From an uncultured virus (IMG/VR IMGVR_UViG_3300025120_000026) (taxonomy: Duplodnaviria > Heunggongvirae > Uroviricota > Caudoviricetes): a DNA stretch of 64,000 bases. The notes under the pieces are model-generated. The model had not been told where the DNA came from. It saw nothing but the letters and a program-made list of their open reading frames with translations, and made no database searches. Below, one piece after another: positions 51,263-59,865 of this stretch. Position 1 is the stretch's first letter; each line of letters opens with the position of its first letter. The stretch is from IMG/VR virus record IMGVR_UViG_3300025120_000026; one strand, 5' to 3'. The position numbers were made by a program, and so were the translations under genes.

Positions 51263-52023
51263 TGGGATTTCATAACGGATTAAATGTTGTTAGTGATTCA
51301 CTAATATTTTCATTTGATGCAGGTAATGTAAAGTGTACTGATTCTGATGATGAAGTAACAAGTATGAGAGATAGTGCTATTGTTTCTCATTCATCAAGAA
51401 CTGATAGAGGGATAACAGGTTCAGGGACAACTGCATCTTTTTCTTTTCCTACAGATACAGGTGCAATTAAAGCAATTGATTTAGGAGTTACAGGAAGAAA
51501 TTCGGCAACAGACTCTACTAATTATGCTAATGAATTAGGTTTAGATGATGATATTCTAATTGCTGATGAAGATGCTTGGTCTTGTGAGTTTTGGGCTAAG
51601 CCAAGGGCTAATGCAGTAATTACATTCAATAGTTTAGCAGGAAGAGGTAACACACAACCTTGGATAATTTGGCAAATGTCGGGTACAAATAGTTGGTATC
51701 CTAGATTTAGAGATAATGATGCTGATTATTATGATAGTGGAACTAATATTTTAACAGGGAATAAAGACTGGCATCAAGTTGTATTTACTGCGACAACCGG
51801 AAGAGTATTAACTTTCTATGTTGATGGAGTACAAACAGGTAATACAGTATCAATTGGTGATTCAGAATTAAGAATAAACAAAATAATGGCAGGATATGGT
51901 ACTGGTACAACAAGATATAATTTCATGGGAAGTATGCTTTGTGCTAGAATTTATTCTAAAACATTATCTGCCGCAGAAATTCTACAGAACTTTAATGCAA
52001 CAAGAGGGAGAGTTGGAATATGA
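51262..52023 (+). CDS. LamG/concanavalin A-like protein 2
   Basis: WHQVV, FYVDG, IYSKTLS..EILQNF; true start ATG 51262 (TAATG). Confidence 0.8.
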   Translation: MGFHNGLNVVSDSLIFSFDAGNVKCTDSDDEVTSMRDSAIVSHSSRTDRGITGSGTTASFSFPTDTGAIKAIDLGVTGRNSATDSTNYANELGLDDDILIADEDAWSCEFWAKPRANAVITFNSLAGRGNTQPWIIWQMSGTNSWYPRFRDNDADYYDSGTNILTGNKDWHQVVFTATTGRVLTFYVDGVQTGNTVSIGDSELRINKIMAGYGTGTTRYNFMGSMLCARIYSKTLSAAEILQNFNATRGRVGI

Positions 52024-52151
52024 AATATGAAATAAATGGAAAAGAATATTCTGTAAGACAATTAAATAATATACTTTCAGGTATTGGTAAACATGTTACA
52101 GTTGAATTACAAACTGCCGCTTTAGATATAATGGAATCCTTGGAGGAATAA
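52020..52151 (+). CDS. 43-aa micro-ORF MKYEINGKEYSVRQLNNILSGIGKHVTVELQTAALDIMESLEE (not in ORF track)
   Basis: ATGA overlap, GGAG RBS, fills the gap exactly. Confidence 0.6.
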   Translation: MKYEINGKEYSVRQLNNILSGIGKHVTVELQTAALDIMESLEE

Positions 52152-52153
52152 AT

Positions 52154-52873
52154 ATGGGTGTAGCAGGTGGGGCTAAATTATCTAAGCCTAGTAATCTTAT
52201 TTTTTGTTATGATGCCGCTAATCCTAAATCATATTCAGGAAGTGGAACTACTGTATATGATGTTATCCAGCAAGTTTCTGCTACTATTACAAACGGTGCA
52301 TCATTTAGTACTAATAACGCTGGCTATCTTAATTTTGATGGAAGTAATGATTACTTAGCAGTAGGTGATACTCCATTAGTTGATAACTTAACAGGAGATG
52401 CAACTTGGGAAGTATTGTTTAAATCAGATGTTCATAATGTAAGATGTAATGTTTACAATAAGAGTTATCATGGTACAGGAACAATAACAAATGAAACAAG
52501 TGGTTCTATGACTTTATACTATGGTAATGGTGCAGATGCTAGTACAAATTATTATCTTGGAACAGGTGCAGGAACGGGTCATTTTTCAGATGATAATACT
52601 TGGCATCATTATACAGTTGTAAGAGATTTTACTAATACACAAAACAGACATTATAAAAATGGAGAATTAAAAAGAACAACTACAAGTTTTACAGATACAA
52701 ATTCACAAACAATTACTGCCGCCGAAGCCGCTACACATAACATTACAATCGGCAAAGGTTATGCAGGACACTTTAATGGGCAGATTGCTTTCGTAAAGAT
52801 ATACGATACTGCGCTGACAAGTGTAGAAGTAGCCCAATCATTTAATAATATAAGAGGAAGAGTTGATTTATAA
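52154..52873 (+). CDS. LamG/concanavalin A-like protein 3
   Basis: YDAANPKSYSGSG, LNFDG, WHHY, YKNG, IYDTALT..EVAQSF. Confidence 0.8.
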   Translation: MGVAGGAKLSKPSNLIFCYDAANPKSYSGSGTTVYDVIQQVSATITNGASFSTNNAGYLNFDGSNDYLAVGDTPLVDNLTGDATWEVLFKSDVHNVRCNVYNKSYHGTGTITNETSGSMTLYYGNGADASTNYYLGTGAGTGHFSDDNTWHHYTVVRDFTNTQNRHYKNGELKRTTTSFTDTNSQTITAAEAATHNITIGKGYAGHFNGQIAFVKIYDTALTSVEVAQSFNNIRGRVDL

Positions 52874-54384
52874 TGGCAGATAGTGATAAAGACATTTTAA
52901 TTACACCCAATACAGGTGTAGCATCTACACATCCTAAAATGACATTTACAGGTAAGGATAACAGTCCTATTGATTTAAAAATATTAGATGATAATAGTTT
53001 ATCCTTTGAGGGAGTACAAGGACAAGTTTTCTCTATCTCTCCAATATTAAACAGTGGAGATATCTTTAGTGTAAATGATATATCAGGAGTACAAAGTATG
53101 GCAGTTAATGCCGATGGAACTATTTCATTAAATCCAACAAATTCTAAAAAAGTAGAGATAAATGGTGCAATTGATGTAATGTCAGATGGTACTGCGGGTA
53201 CTGCTATACACTTTGGTGGAAATGCTAGTACATACATTTACAGTAGTACTTCCGGTTCAGATATGACAATAAGAGCCGATGATGATTTATTCTTAAGAGC
53301 CGATGATGATTTGTATTTACAAGCAGGTGGGGCTACAAAAGTTACGGTACTTGATAGTGGTAATGTTGGAATAGGTACTACAATTCCTGCTGAAAAATTA
53401 GAAGTTGCAGGTGATACATCGGGCACCTTAGCAATTTCTATTGACAATGACAATACGGCGGGTCTAGGAACTTTTACATTAAAAGAAAATACTGCAACTG
53501 TCGGAATATTCCAATATAGAGGAAGCACTAATGGAACTTTACCTAATACAGTTCGTATAGGTTCTAATGTCGCAGGTGGTAGTCTTGTTTTTACTTATGC
53601 AGGTGGTACTAATGGAATGTTTTTAGACGGTAGTAATGGTAGACTCGGAATAGGACTTAACAATACTTCTCCTTCTACTGCATTACATGTTAAAGGTTCA
53701 GGTGTGCAAAAGATAACAGTAGAATCTACAGATAACGAGGCGGCTCTTGAGTTATCATCTGATTCAACTGGGCCGTGGATAATAAATTCGGGTAATGGTT
53801 CTAATGATTTAAGATGGTATGGAAATGGTGGAGTAAGAATGCTACTTGAATCAGATGGTACATTAAACATAAATGATGCTTATAAATTACCTAACGCAGA
53901 CGGTACAGTAGATGAAATATTAAAAACTGATGGTGCTGATGTAGTAAGATTTAGTAGTAAATTTAATGGTTATGCTCAGTTCTTTTTCCAAGGAGACAAC
54001 GTGAGTAATACTGCTAATTATAATTTTAATGTATTAGGTGCAAACGCTTCTAGTAGTAGTATTAACAGTTATGGTATGCCTGTTGCGGGAGTAGTAAAGG
54101 CTATAACAATTAGAAATGCAGGTGGTGGAACTATTACTAGTAGTACTAACGGTGCTACTTTTGCCGTAAGAATTACTGGCGCTAATAGTGGTGATGATTA
54201 TGCAACTGTCGTATTAAATGGTGATAATATGATAAGGCCATTTGGTAATAGTAGCACTTATGCCGTAGCCACTTTAGATTTTAACCAAGCCTTTGTAGCA
54301 GGTGACGCAATACAAGTTAGAAGAGTAAGTGGAGATATTACTTTTGAAGAAGTTCTAATTACCGTATGGGTAGATTTTACATAA
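52873..54384 (+). CDS. Second fibre/receptor-binding protein (503 aa)
   Basis: NVGIGT..P repeats and C-terminal beta-sandwich; last + strand gene. Confidence 0.7.
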   Translation: MADSDKDILITPNTGVASTHPKMTFTGKDNSPIDLKILDDNSLSFEGVQGQVFSISPILNSGDIFSVNDISGVQSMAVNADGTISLNPTNSKKVEINGAIDVMSDGTAGTAIHFGGNASTYIYSSTSGSDMTIRADDDLFLRADDDLYLQAGGATKVTVLDSGNVGIGTTIPAEKLEVAGDTSGTLAISIDNDNTAGLGTFTLKENTATVGIFQYRGSTNGTLPNTVRIGSNVAGGSLVFTYAGGTNGMFLDGSNGRLGIGLNNTSPSTALHVKGSGVQKITVESTDNEAALELSSDSTGPWIINSGNGSNDLRWYGNGGVRMLLESDGTLNINDAYKLPNADGTVDEILKTDGADVVRFSSKFNGYAQFFFQGDNVSNTANYNFNVLGANASSSSINSYGMPVAGVVKAITIRNAGGGTITSSTNGATFAVRITGANSGDDYATVVLNGDNMIRPFGNSSTYAVATLDFNQAFVAGDAIQVRRVSGDITFEEVLITVWVDFT

Positions 54385-54579
54385 TTATTGATTCTTTAGT
54401 GCTAACCACACAAAAAATTTATTTGAAAGATACCAAAACATCTTATCTATTCTGCTCAATACTCTCACCCATCGCTTCTAGAATTGCATCCCAATAATCC
54501 CAGTCCATCATATTATTAACCCTATCTTTTTAGCAAACCAAAACCAAAATCGGTTATAACCATCTGAATCTATTTTCAT
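54385..54579 (-). other. Three coupled micro-ORFs: 54508-54579 (23 aa), 54443-54511 (22 aa), 54385-54441 (18 aa)
   Basis: MKIDSDGYNRFWFWFAKKIGLII, MMDWDYWDAILEAMGESIEQNR, MFWYLSNKFFVWLALKNQ; junctions are overlapping or 0-1 nt apart. Confidence 0.4.
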
Positions 54580-54762
54580 TTATTCTACCTTAAAACCAAA
54601 GAAATTAATATAATTTTTTTTAAAAGAACGCCATCTTTCCATACCTACTATACTTACTAAACCAAGAACCATTAAAATAAGTTTGATAGAAGTTGGTATC
54701 TCATATATATTTGCATTTAGATTATCAAGAAATCCCATTGTAAAATCAAGATTTAAATTCAT
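54580..54762 (-). CDS. Small single-TM membrane protein (~60 aa)
   Basis: IKLILMVLGLVSIVGM hydrophobic stretch followed by basic residues. Confidence 0.55.
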   Translation of the reverse strand: MNLNLDFTMGFLDNLNANIYEIPTSIKLILMVLGLVSIVGMERWRSFKKNYINFFGFKVE

Positions 54763-54933
54763 GCATTCCAACCTACAAATGCTTCACTAATATCGGAGTG
54801 GTTAGTCATAGTGTAAAAAGTAAACCACTAGTATTTTATTTTTTTGCTAAAGTGTGTAAATTAGAAAAGCAGTTCAACCATTTTTTCGGAGTTTATATAC
54901 TCTCAGACACCCCCAAAATGTCTAATAGGTTTT

Positions 54934-54975
54934 GTGTTATATAACACTAATTATTTTAATGTTATATAACACTAA
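54934..54975. repeat. Two direct copies of TGTTATATAACACTAA (25-bp period), each containing a perfect palindrome
   Basis: GTGTTATATAACAC at 54934-54947 and TGTTATATAACA at 54960-54971, next to a nearly pure A/T tract. Confidence 0.85.
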
Positions 54976-54993
54976 TATTTTATTAAATTTTTT

Positions 54994-55047
54994 AAAAAAA
55001 AAAGACACTATGGCCGGATAAAATTAATTATCTGACCATAGTGCTTT
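54994..55047 (-). terminator. Hairpin plus oligo-T terminator for the replication operon
   Basis: Minus strand AAAGCACTATGGTCAGATAA..TTATCCGGCCATAGTGTC followed by T10. Confidence 0.65.
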
Positions 55048-55161
55048 ACATTTACGACATTCCCAAATTTTAATTTGTTCTTTTGAACCAATATATCTAC
55101 CCTTAATCCTTTTAGGGATAGATAATTGATTACAAAATTTACAAATTTCAGAGAGGGCCAT
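55024..55161 (-). CDS. 45-aa zinc-ribbon protein, TFIIS/TFS C-ribbon-like (not in ORF track)
   Basis: MALSEICKFCNQLSIPKRIKGRYIGSKEQIKIWECRKCKALWSDN; GAGGAG RBS. Confidence 0.65.
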   Translation of the reverse strand: MALSEICKFCNQLSIPKRIKGRYIGSKEQIKIWECRKCKALWSDN

Positions 55162-55306
55162 TTCTTTGGCTCTCCTCTGCTATCAAGTTGTCCATATATT
55201 CATCAATACTAGATTCGGAATATCTACTAGTTCCGAATGAAGCAAAGAATAAAAGACACATTAAGCAAAAGAAGAAAAACCAACCTATATATTCCCAAGT
55301 TGACAT
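55148..55306 (-). CDS. 52-aa single-TM protein (not in ORF track)
   Basis: MSTWEYIGWFFFFCLMCLLFFASFGTSRY...; TAATG coupling, GGAGGTGG RBS. Confidence 0.65.
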   Translation of the reverse strand: MSTWEYIGWFFFFCLMCLLFFASFGTSRYSESSIDEYMDNLIAEESQRNGPL

Positions 55307-55899
55307 TACCATTCCACCTCCAAGTTTTTTATTTCTTCTCCTTTTAAAGAGAAACCTTTTACTATATTATGAGATTGACCATGTTTCCATAAATCATAAA
55401 CTAACTCACAATCTTTTAAACAGTATTCTGCAACTTCCGAATACCCACCTGCTTTCCAAACAACAGGAGCATCTTCACTAGTCATTAGTTTATCTGTTCC
55501 TAAAGTATGCTGAACTAAATTAGAAAGACTATACCTTTCTCCATATCCTTTATTTAATATTTGACTTGTATCAATATATGCTCCCGCATCTAAATATTTT
55601 TTAATACAATATATATCTAATGCATTCTTTAATACTGGTAAGTCAAAGGCTACAATATTATGTCCTAATAGTTTACCACCTTTTTCAAAGTGGTCATCTA
55701 AATCAAACTTAAGTTGAGAGATTGTTTTAACTTCTACATTAGACTTCTTTAGATTATCTACTGCTTTATCAATATAAATTGTTCCTTTATCTCCATCCCA
55801 AGTACAAACTGTAGACACTCTAAACATATGGGTGTTATCCCAACCTCCTATTTCATAAGAGTAGTTTTTTGTTTCTAAATCAATTGCCATAACTGACAT
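55306..55899 (-). CDS. DEDD 3'-5' exonuclease (YprB/RNase_H_2-like)
   Basis: AIDLET, GHNIVAFDLP, YCLKDC; start at ATG 55899. Confidence 0.85.
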   Translation of the reverse strand: MSVMAIDLETKNYSYEIGGWDNTHMFRVSTVCTWDGDKGTIYIDKAVDNLKKSNVEVKTISQLKFDLDDHFEKGGKLLGHNIVAFDLPVLKNALDIYCIKKYLDAGAYIDTSQILNKGYGERYSLSNLVQHTLGTDKLMTSEDAPVVWKAGGYSEVAEYCLKDCELVYDLWKHGQSHNIVKGFSLKGEEIKNLEVEW

Positions 55900-55900
55900 A

Positions 55901-56164
55901 TCATTTACCCTTCTTATCATCGGTTTTTTCTGCTGATGACCACAATTGAGCAATTTTATTTGCTTCTGATTTAGTTGGGTCGGGTGCAAGTAGTGCATGG
56001 TCTTTAACTATCCATGCTACAATATGTTCTCCACCACCAACAGTAATCATTGTAGTTAATCTCCAACCTTCTTGTCCGTAGGTATTCAAAGATTCGTTTA
56101 TCGTTTTTGGCCCGTCACTTACATTAAACACCAAAAATTGATGCTCATACGTTATATTACTCAT
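55901..56164 (-). CDS. DUF4177-like small protein
   Basis: YEHQF..LNTYGQEGWRL pattern. Confidence 0.6.
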   Translation of the reverse strand: MSNITYEHQFLVFNVSDGPKTINESLNTYGQEGWRLTTMITVGGGEHIVAWIVKDHALLAPDPTKSEANKIAQLWSSAEKTDDKKGK

Positions 56165-57636
56165 TTTTGTTCACTCCTTATTTCTTTTAGGTAACTATAT
56201 TTTCCTATTCTTTTGTTCTCAAAATTTTCTTTTGCTATCTTCTTAAAATCTCTATATAAAGTTGCTTGACTAATTCCAGTTTGTTTTCTAATTCTTGTTA
56301 ATAATGTTGTTTTATTTATCCAACCTTCTGTATCAGAACTCTCATTTAGTATTTCTTGGTATGTTTTAATAAATTTTTGCTTAGTCGCTTCCGCCTGTAA
56401 ACCTTGAGGTCTTTCCTTTAGGGATGAGTCAAGCCACGATACAAGAGACTTATAACATTGTCTGACTATATAAGCCGCCTGTCTAACATGTCTTTCGGTC
56501 ACAATATACCTCTTATTCTTATCTCTAATATTAGGTGCTTCTGCTATACAACTTAGTACTGCCATCCTTGTCATAGTACCATTTAGTCTTGTAATGAAGT
56601 TACTTGCTATTTCAAAAACTGCGGGTCTGCTATCCGATACAAAGTTTCTCATCTTCCATGATTCATTTTTTAATGCTGAATTAAACGCAGGAGAAAATGT
56701 TATTGTTCTTAATGCATCTTGACCTGTATCATCAAAATGTTTTTTAAGAGATTCATATATTTTTACAAATCCGGTTGCAAACTTGGCTACGGGTAAATCT
56801 CTATTTACAATTGTACCTACTTCATCAATAATAGCATCTCTAAGTTCATCCTGTATTTCCTGTGGAACTTCTCTAATATAGATTAGAGTTCTTTGCATTA
56901 CTCCTTTCTCTGCTATAACGGAAGTTAATTGTTTGGGAATATAAGTTGTAGCAAATAAAGAACGTTGACACCTACATTCCATAACATCTCCTTCTTTTAG
57001 TTTCTTAGTGATAATCCAATTTTCTCCATGTAGAGAATTCATAAAGGTATTAAGATATAATACTACATTTTCTTTATGGTTAGAAGTTTTAAACACTCCT
57101 GAATATTCAAACTCATCAAAAGCCGCTAAGCCACTTCCTTCTAATTCACCATATAATTGAATAGGAACTTTTTGTCTAGTAATATTTCCATTTTCATCTT
57201 CAACCATTTCCTCAGTCTCACCCATAGAACCAATTAATCCTGCATCGGTAATGTCTTTTACTGCAAATGTATTGAAATCTACACCATGTTTATCTCTTAA
57301 GATATCAAAAGTTAATCTAGATACTGGCCCATAAAAATCATACAATGTAGACTTACCTGTACCTGAAGTTTGCATCCAAATAAATTGTACTCTTGTATCA
57401 TCTGTCCTTCTACCATTCGGTATGGCTACCATGTCTTTACATATTTGACCTAACAGAACGTAGAAAGATATAGCAGATGGTACTTCATTATAGTGAGAGA
57501 CTTCTACTGCACTCTTTACATATTCTTCAACTACTTTGGGGAGTTTACTATTTTTTCGTTTAGGAACTTCTTCCGCCAACCCCTCAAAATATAATCTATC
57601 TTCTTCTTCTTCATTATCATAGTTATTATCACTCAT
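56161..57636 (-). CDS. MCM-like AAA+ replicative helicase (short N-terminus, C-terminal wHTH)
   Basis: Walker A SGTGKS, TDAGLIG, Walker B AAFDE, Arg finger MQR, ITRL, VTERHV. Confidence 0.75.
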   Translation of the reverse strand: MSDNNYDNEEEEDRLYFEGLAEEVPKRKNSKLPKVVEEYVKSAVEVSHYNEVPSAISFYVLLGQICKDMVAIPNGRRTDDTRVQFIWMQTSGTGKSTLYDFYGPVSRLTFDILRDKHGVDFNTFAVKDITDAGLIGSMGETEEMVEDENGNITRQKVPIQLYGELEGSGLAAFDEFEYSGVFKTSNHKENVVLYLNTFMNSLHGENWIITKKLKEGDVMECRCQRSLFATTYIPKQLTSVIAEKGVMQRTLIYIREVPQEIQDELRDAIIDEVGTIVNRDLPVAKFATGFVKIYESLKKHFDDTGQDALRTITFSPAFNSALKNESWKMRNFVSDSRPAVFEIASNFITRLNGTMTRMAVLSCIAEAPNIRDKNKRYIVTERHVRQAAYIVRQCYKSLVSWLDSSLKERPQGLQAEATKQKFIKTYQEILNESSDTEGWINKTTLLTRIRKQTGISQATLYRDFKKIAKENFENKRIGKYSYLKEIRSEQK

Positions 57637-58338
57637 TTATATCACCTGTTTTATTTCGGAGTTAAATACTCCATAGATTCTTTCGGCTAATATTTTGCCA
57701 AAACCATCTAATTCTGTTAATTCTTTAACAGAGGTTTCTCCTATTTCCATAAGAGAACCATATTCTTTAATTAACAATTTGGCTTTCTTTTCACTTACAC
57801 CTTTTATTGTTGTTAATACATCTATCCTTAAATCTGATGTACTAATTTTACGTTGTTTAATTAACCTAGGATTATATATATCCCTATTTATTGGTTGCAT
57901 TTTACAAACAACACATATAATTTGTGCCGCTTCTTTTTCATCTTTGACCCATATGATACTACAATCAGTATCTAAAAGAATCTTACCTATTGCTCCATAG
58001 AATTTATTCTTTAGTAGTCTTGCTTGATTGGCTTTAGGTAGTGTAGTCTTAGAATAACTAATGAAACTTGCTACTGCTTCTACTTGAGAACCATAAACAA
58101 TTACAAGATTATTTGTAAATGCTCTATCCATATTATCCATTTGATTCCACAATCTTTTATTTACTACAGACTGTAGGAAATCAAATGATGACTTCGCTTC
58201 AAAACATACATCGTTAAATGTATAGTCTCCAATTTCTAACCATTCTTTAGAATAAGAAATACTAAGTTCTTCTGCTTTTGCTATTACTGCTTTAGTTAAG
58301 TTAGAATCTTCTCTACTATCTATTAACAATTTATTCAT
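57637..58338 (-). CDS. ERCC4/XPF-family nuclease with HhH motifs
   Basis: IDSRE, LEIGDY, FEAKS, IKGVSEKKA, LDGFGKILA. Confidence 0.88.
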   Translation of the reverse strand: MNKLLIDSREDSNLTKAVIAKAEELSISYSKEWLEIGDYTFNDVCFEAKSSFDFLQSVVNKRLWNQMDNMDRAFTNNLVIVYGSQVEAVASFISYSKTTLPKANQARLLKNKFYGAIGKILLDTDCSIIWVKDEKEAAQIICVVCKMQPINRDIYNPRLIKQRKISTSDLRIDVLTTIKGVSEKKAKLLIKEYGSLMEIGETSVKELTELDGFGKILAERIYGVFNSEIKQVI

Positions 58339-59315
58339 TCATGATACCTCCAACATTTACCAACACAATACCCTTGGGGTATTAATATAGATTTACAACC
58401 TGCCGCATGATATCCTTTATTTACAATACCTGTAACATATTTTCTAGATTTAATCTCATCCCAATCTAACCATATATCTTCAACAGAGGAAATTATCTTT
58501 AGTTCTCCCATAATTTGAGAAACAATTTCATCTTTCTTTTCATGCGAAAGTTCTCGTTCACCTAATGATAGTAAATCTCTATACCATTGTATGAGATAAA
58601 CTCTAGCATAATGACTAGGATTTTCTACAGTTATTGCATTATGTAAGCAAGGTAGTATTGGTATTCTTCCAAGTGGGGTAGGTATGTCTATCTCTATATT
58701 AGATAATTCTATTGGCTTAACATCGGGCCAAGTTAATAATTTACCATCAGTTCTAGATGAAACTAAATGAGGTTTTCTCGCTAACTGTAAGATTTTAGAC
58801 AGACTATATTTCTTATCTAATGGTATACAAAAATACCCATCACTACTAAGGTTCATCGAATTAGGGACTCTACGAAGTCTATTAGTTTGTATGCCCGTTC
58901 TATCAAGGGTAGGATAATCAATAGCCATCTTGGTATAATACCGTTGAATGCTTCTGATATCATCTACAATTTCACCATAGACTATCATATGAAAACCTTT
59001 TCCACTAAAGAAAGAATCAAACTTAATTCCTAAACTTATGTAATAGTCTCTTAACTTATCATAATCCTCAAATGCTTCTAGCAATGGTTTATCATGTGCA
59101 TCAAAATCTAAAAACATTCTATCTAATATAACTGAATAATCTAACTTAATGTTTTCATTAAATTCTCCATAGTCATATACAGTAGTGTAACAATTCATAA
59201 TACCATTATAGGAATTAACCCATGATAAAAATTCTGTTCTACTCTTCACTATCTGTCTTTTCATTTGTGGTGCGTTTTTTAGATGGCTTCCTGCCCACAC
59301 TTCTCTTGGATACAT
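58335..59315 (-). CDS. Archaeo-eukaryotic primase, PriS domain fused to a PriL-like Cys-containing domain
   Basis: FLDFD, FSGKGFH, RLRRVPNSMN; C-terminal LPCL..GC..GYC..C. Confidence 0.85.
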   Translation of the reverse strand: MYPREVWAGSHLKNAPQMKRQIVKSRTEFLSWVNSYNGIMNCYTTVYDYGEFNENIKLDYSVILDRMFLDFDAHDKPLLEAFEDYDKLRDYYISLGIKFDSFFSGKGFHMIVYGEIVDDIRSIQRYYTKMAIDYPTLDRTGIQTNRLRRVPNSMNLSSDGYFCIPLDKKYSLSKILQLARKPHLVSSRTDGKLLTWPDVKPIELSNIEIDIPTPLGRIPILPCLHNAITVENPSHYARVYLIQWYRDLLSLGERELSHEKKDEIVSQIMGELKIISSVEDIWLDWDEIKSRKYVTGIVNKGYHAAGCKSILIPQGYCVGKCWRYHE

Positions 59316-59628
59316 TTGTTTTTTCCTCCTTTTTAAAATTTATATTTGCATTCATTAATTCAACTTTCAATACATTTGCTATAGTAATATCTAAATGTTC
59401 TGATACTGTTCTAGAAAATATATCTTGAAATTCCCATCTATCAGGAATAACAGTATTAGAACCATGACCAAAAATATGTTTATTAAATATAAAATCTAAC
59501 TTTTCTACCTTAGTCATAGTATCCTGTAGTTCTAGATTGAACTCATCAATTATACCTTGCATGTCTTGAAAATCTGCAAATGTCCATTTTCTTTCTTCTA
59601 ATAATTTTTTAATTCTATCTTCTATCAT
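59239..59628 (-). CDS. Hypothetical protein (129 aa)
   Basis: Start MIEDRIKK at 59628 (TAATG coupling, GGAGG RBS). Confidence 0.65.
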   Translation of the reverse strand: MIEDRIKKLLEERKWTFADFQDMQGIIDEFNLELQDTMTKVEKLDFIFNKHIFGHGSNTVIPDRWEFQDIFSRTVSEHLDITIANVLKVELMNANINFKKEEKTNVSKRSVGRKPSKKRTTNEKTDSEE

Positions 59629-59810
59629 TATTCTTCCTCCATAATTAGTTTCTGTAAATAAACTGCAAGGTCTAGAGCCTCTTCTTGGGCATGTATTAAC
59701 CAATCTTTTCTACTTAAATCAGTTCTTTCCATTGTTATATTGTATTTATTTCTTCCTAATACTGCTCTTGCTTCTATTTTTTTCATTACTATATCTTCAA
59801 TTTTACTCAT
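59628..59810 (-). CDS. Small all-alpha protein, weakly MazG/NTP-pyrophosphatase-like
   Basis: G.NKY..WLIHAQEEALDLAVYL acidic helix. Confidence 0.55.
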   Translation of the reverse strand: MSKIEDIVMKKIEARAVLGRNKYNITMERTDLSRKDWLIHAQEEALDLAVYLQKLIMEEE

Positions 59811-59865
59811 ATTTATTTCTCCTTTTATATTCTTCTTTTACTTTAAAATATTTTTCCCACTTCAT
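59803..59865 (-). CDS. Possible 20-aa micro-ORF MKWEKYFKVKEEYKRRNKYE
   Basis: ATGA overlap with the upstream stop; GGAG upstream. Confidence 0.35.
   Translation of the reverse strand: MKWEKYFKVKEEYKRRNKYE

Noticed and set aside
50313..52873. Three LamG paralogues as diversity-generating retroelement targets
   Set aside because: No reverse transcriptase in the window, and no near-identical TR/VR pair differing only at adenines was seen; the similarity is at protein level
53271..53318. 24-bp tandem duplication encoding RADDDLFL/RADDDLYL
   Set aside because: In-frame coding repeat in a fibre protein, only two copies; not a CRISPR or regulatory array
138..53870. Numerous minus-strand ORFs of 60-230 aa in the track within the structural region
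   Set aside because: They lie antisense to long + strand genes, lack RBSs and motifs, and are typical shadows of biased codon usage
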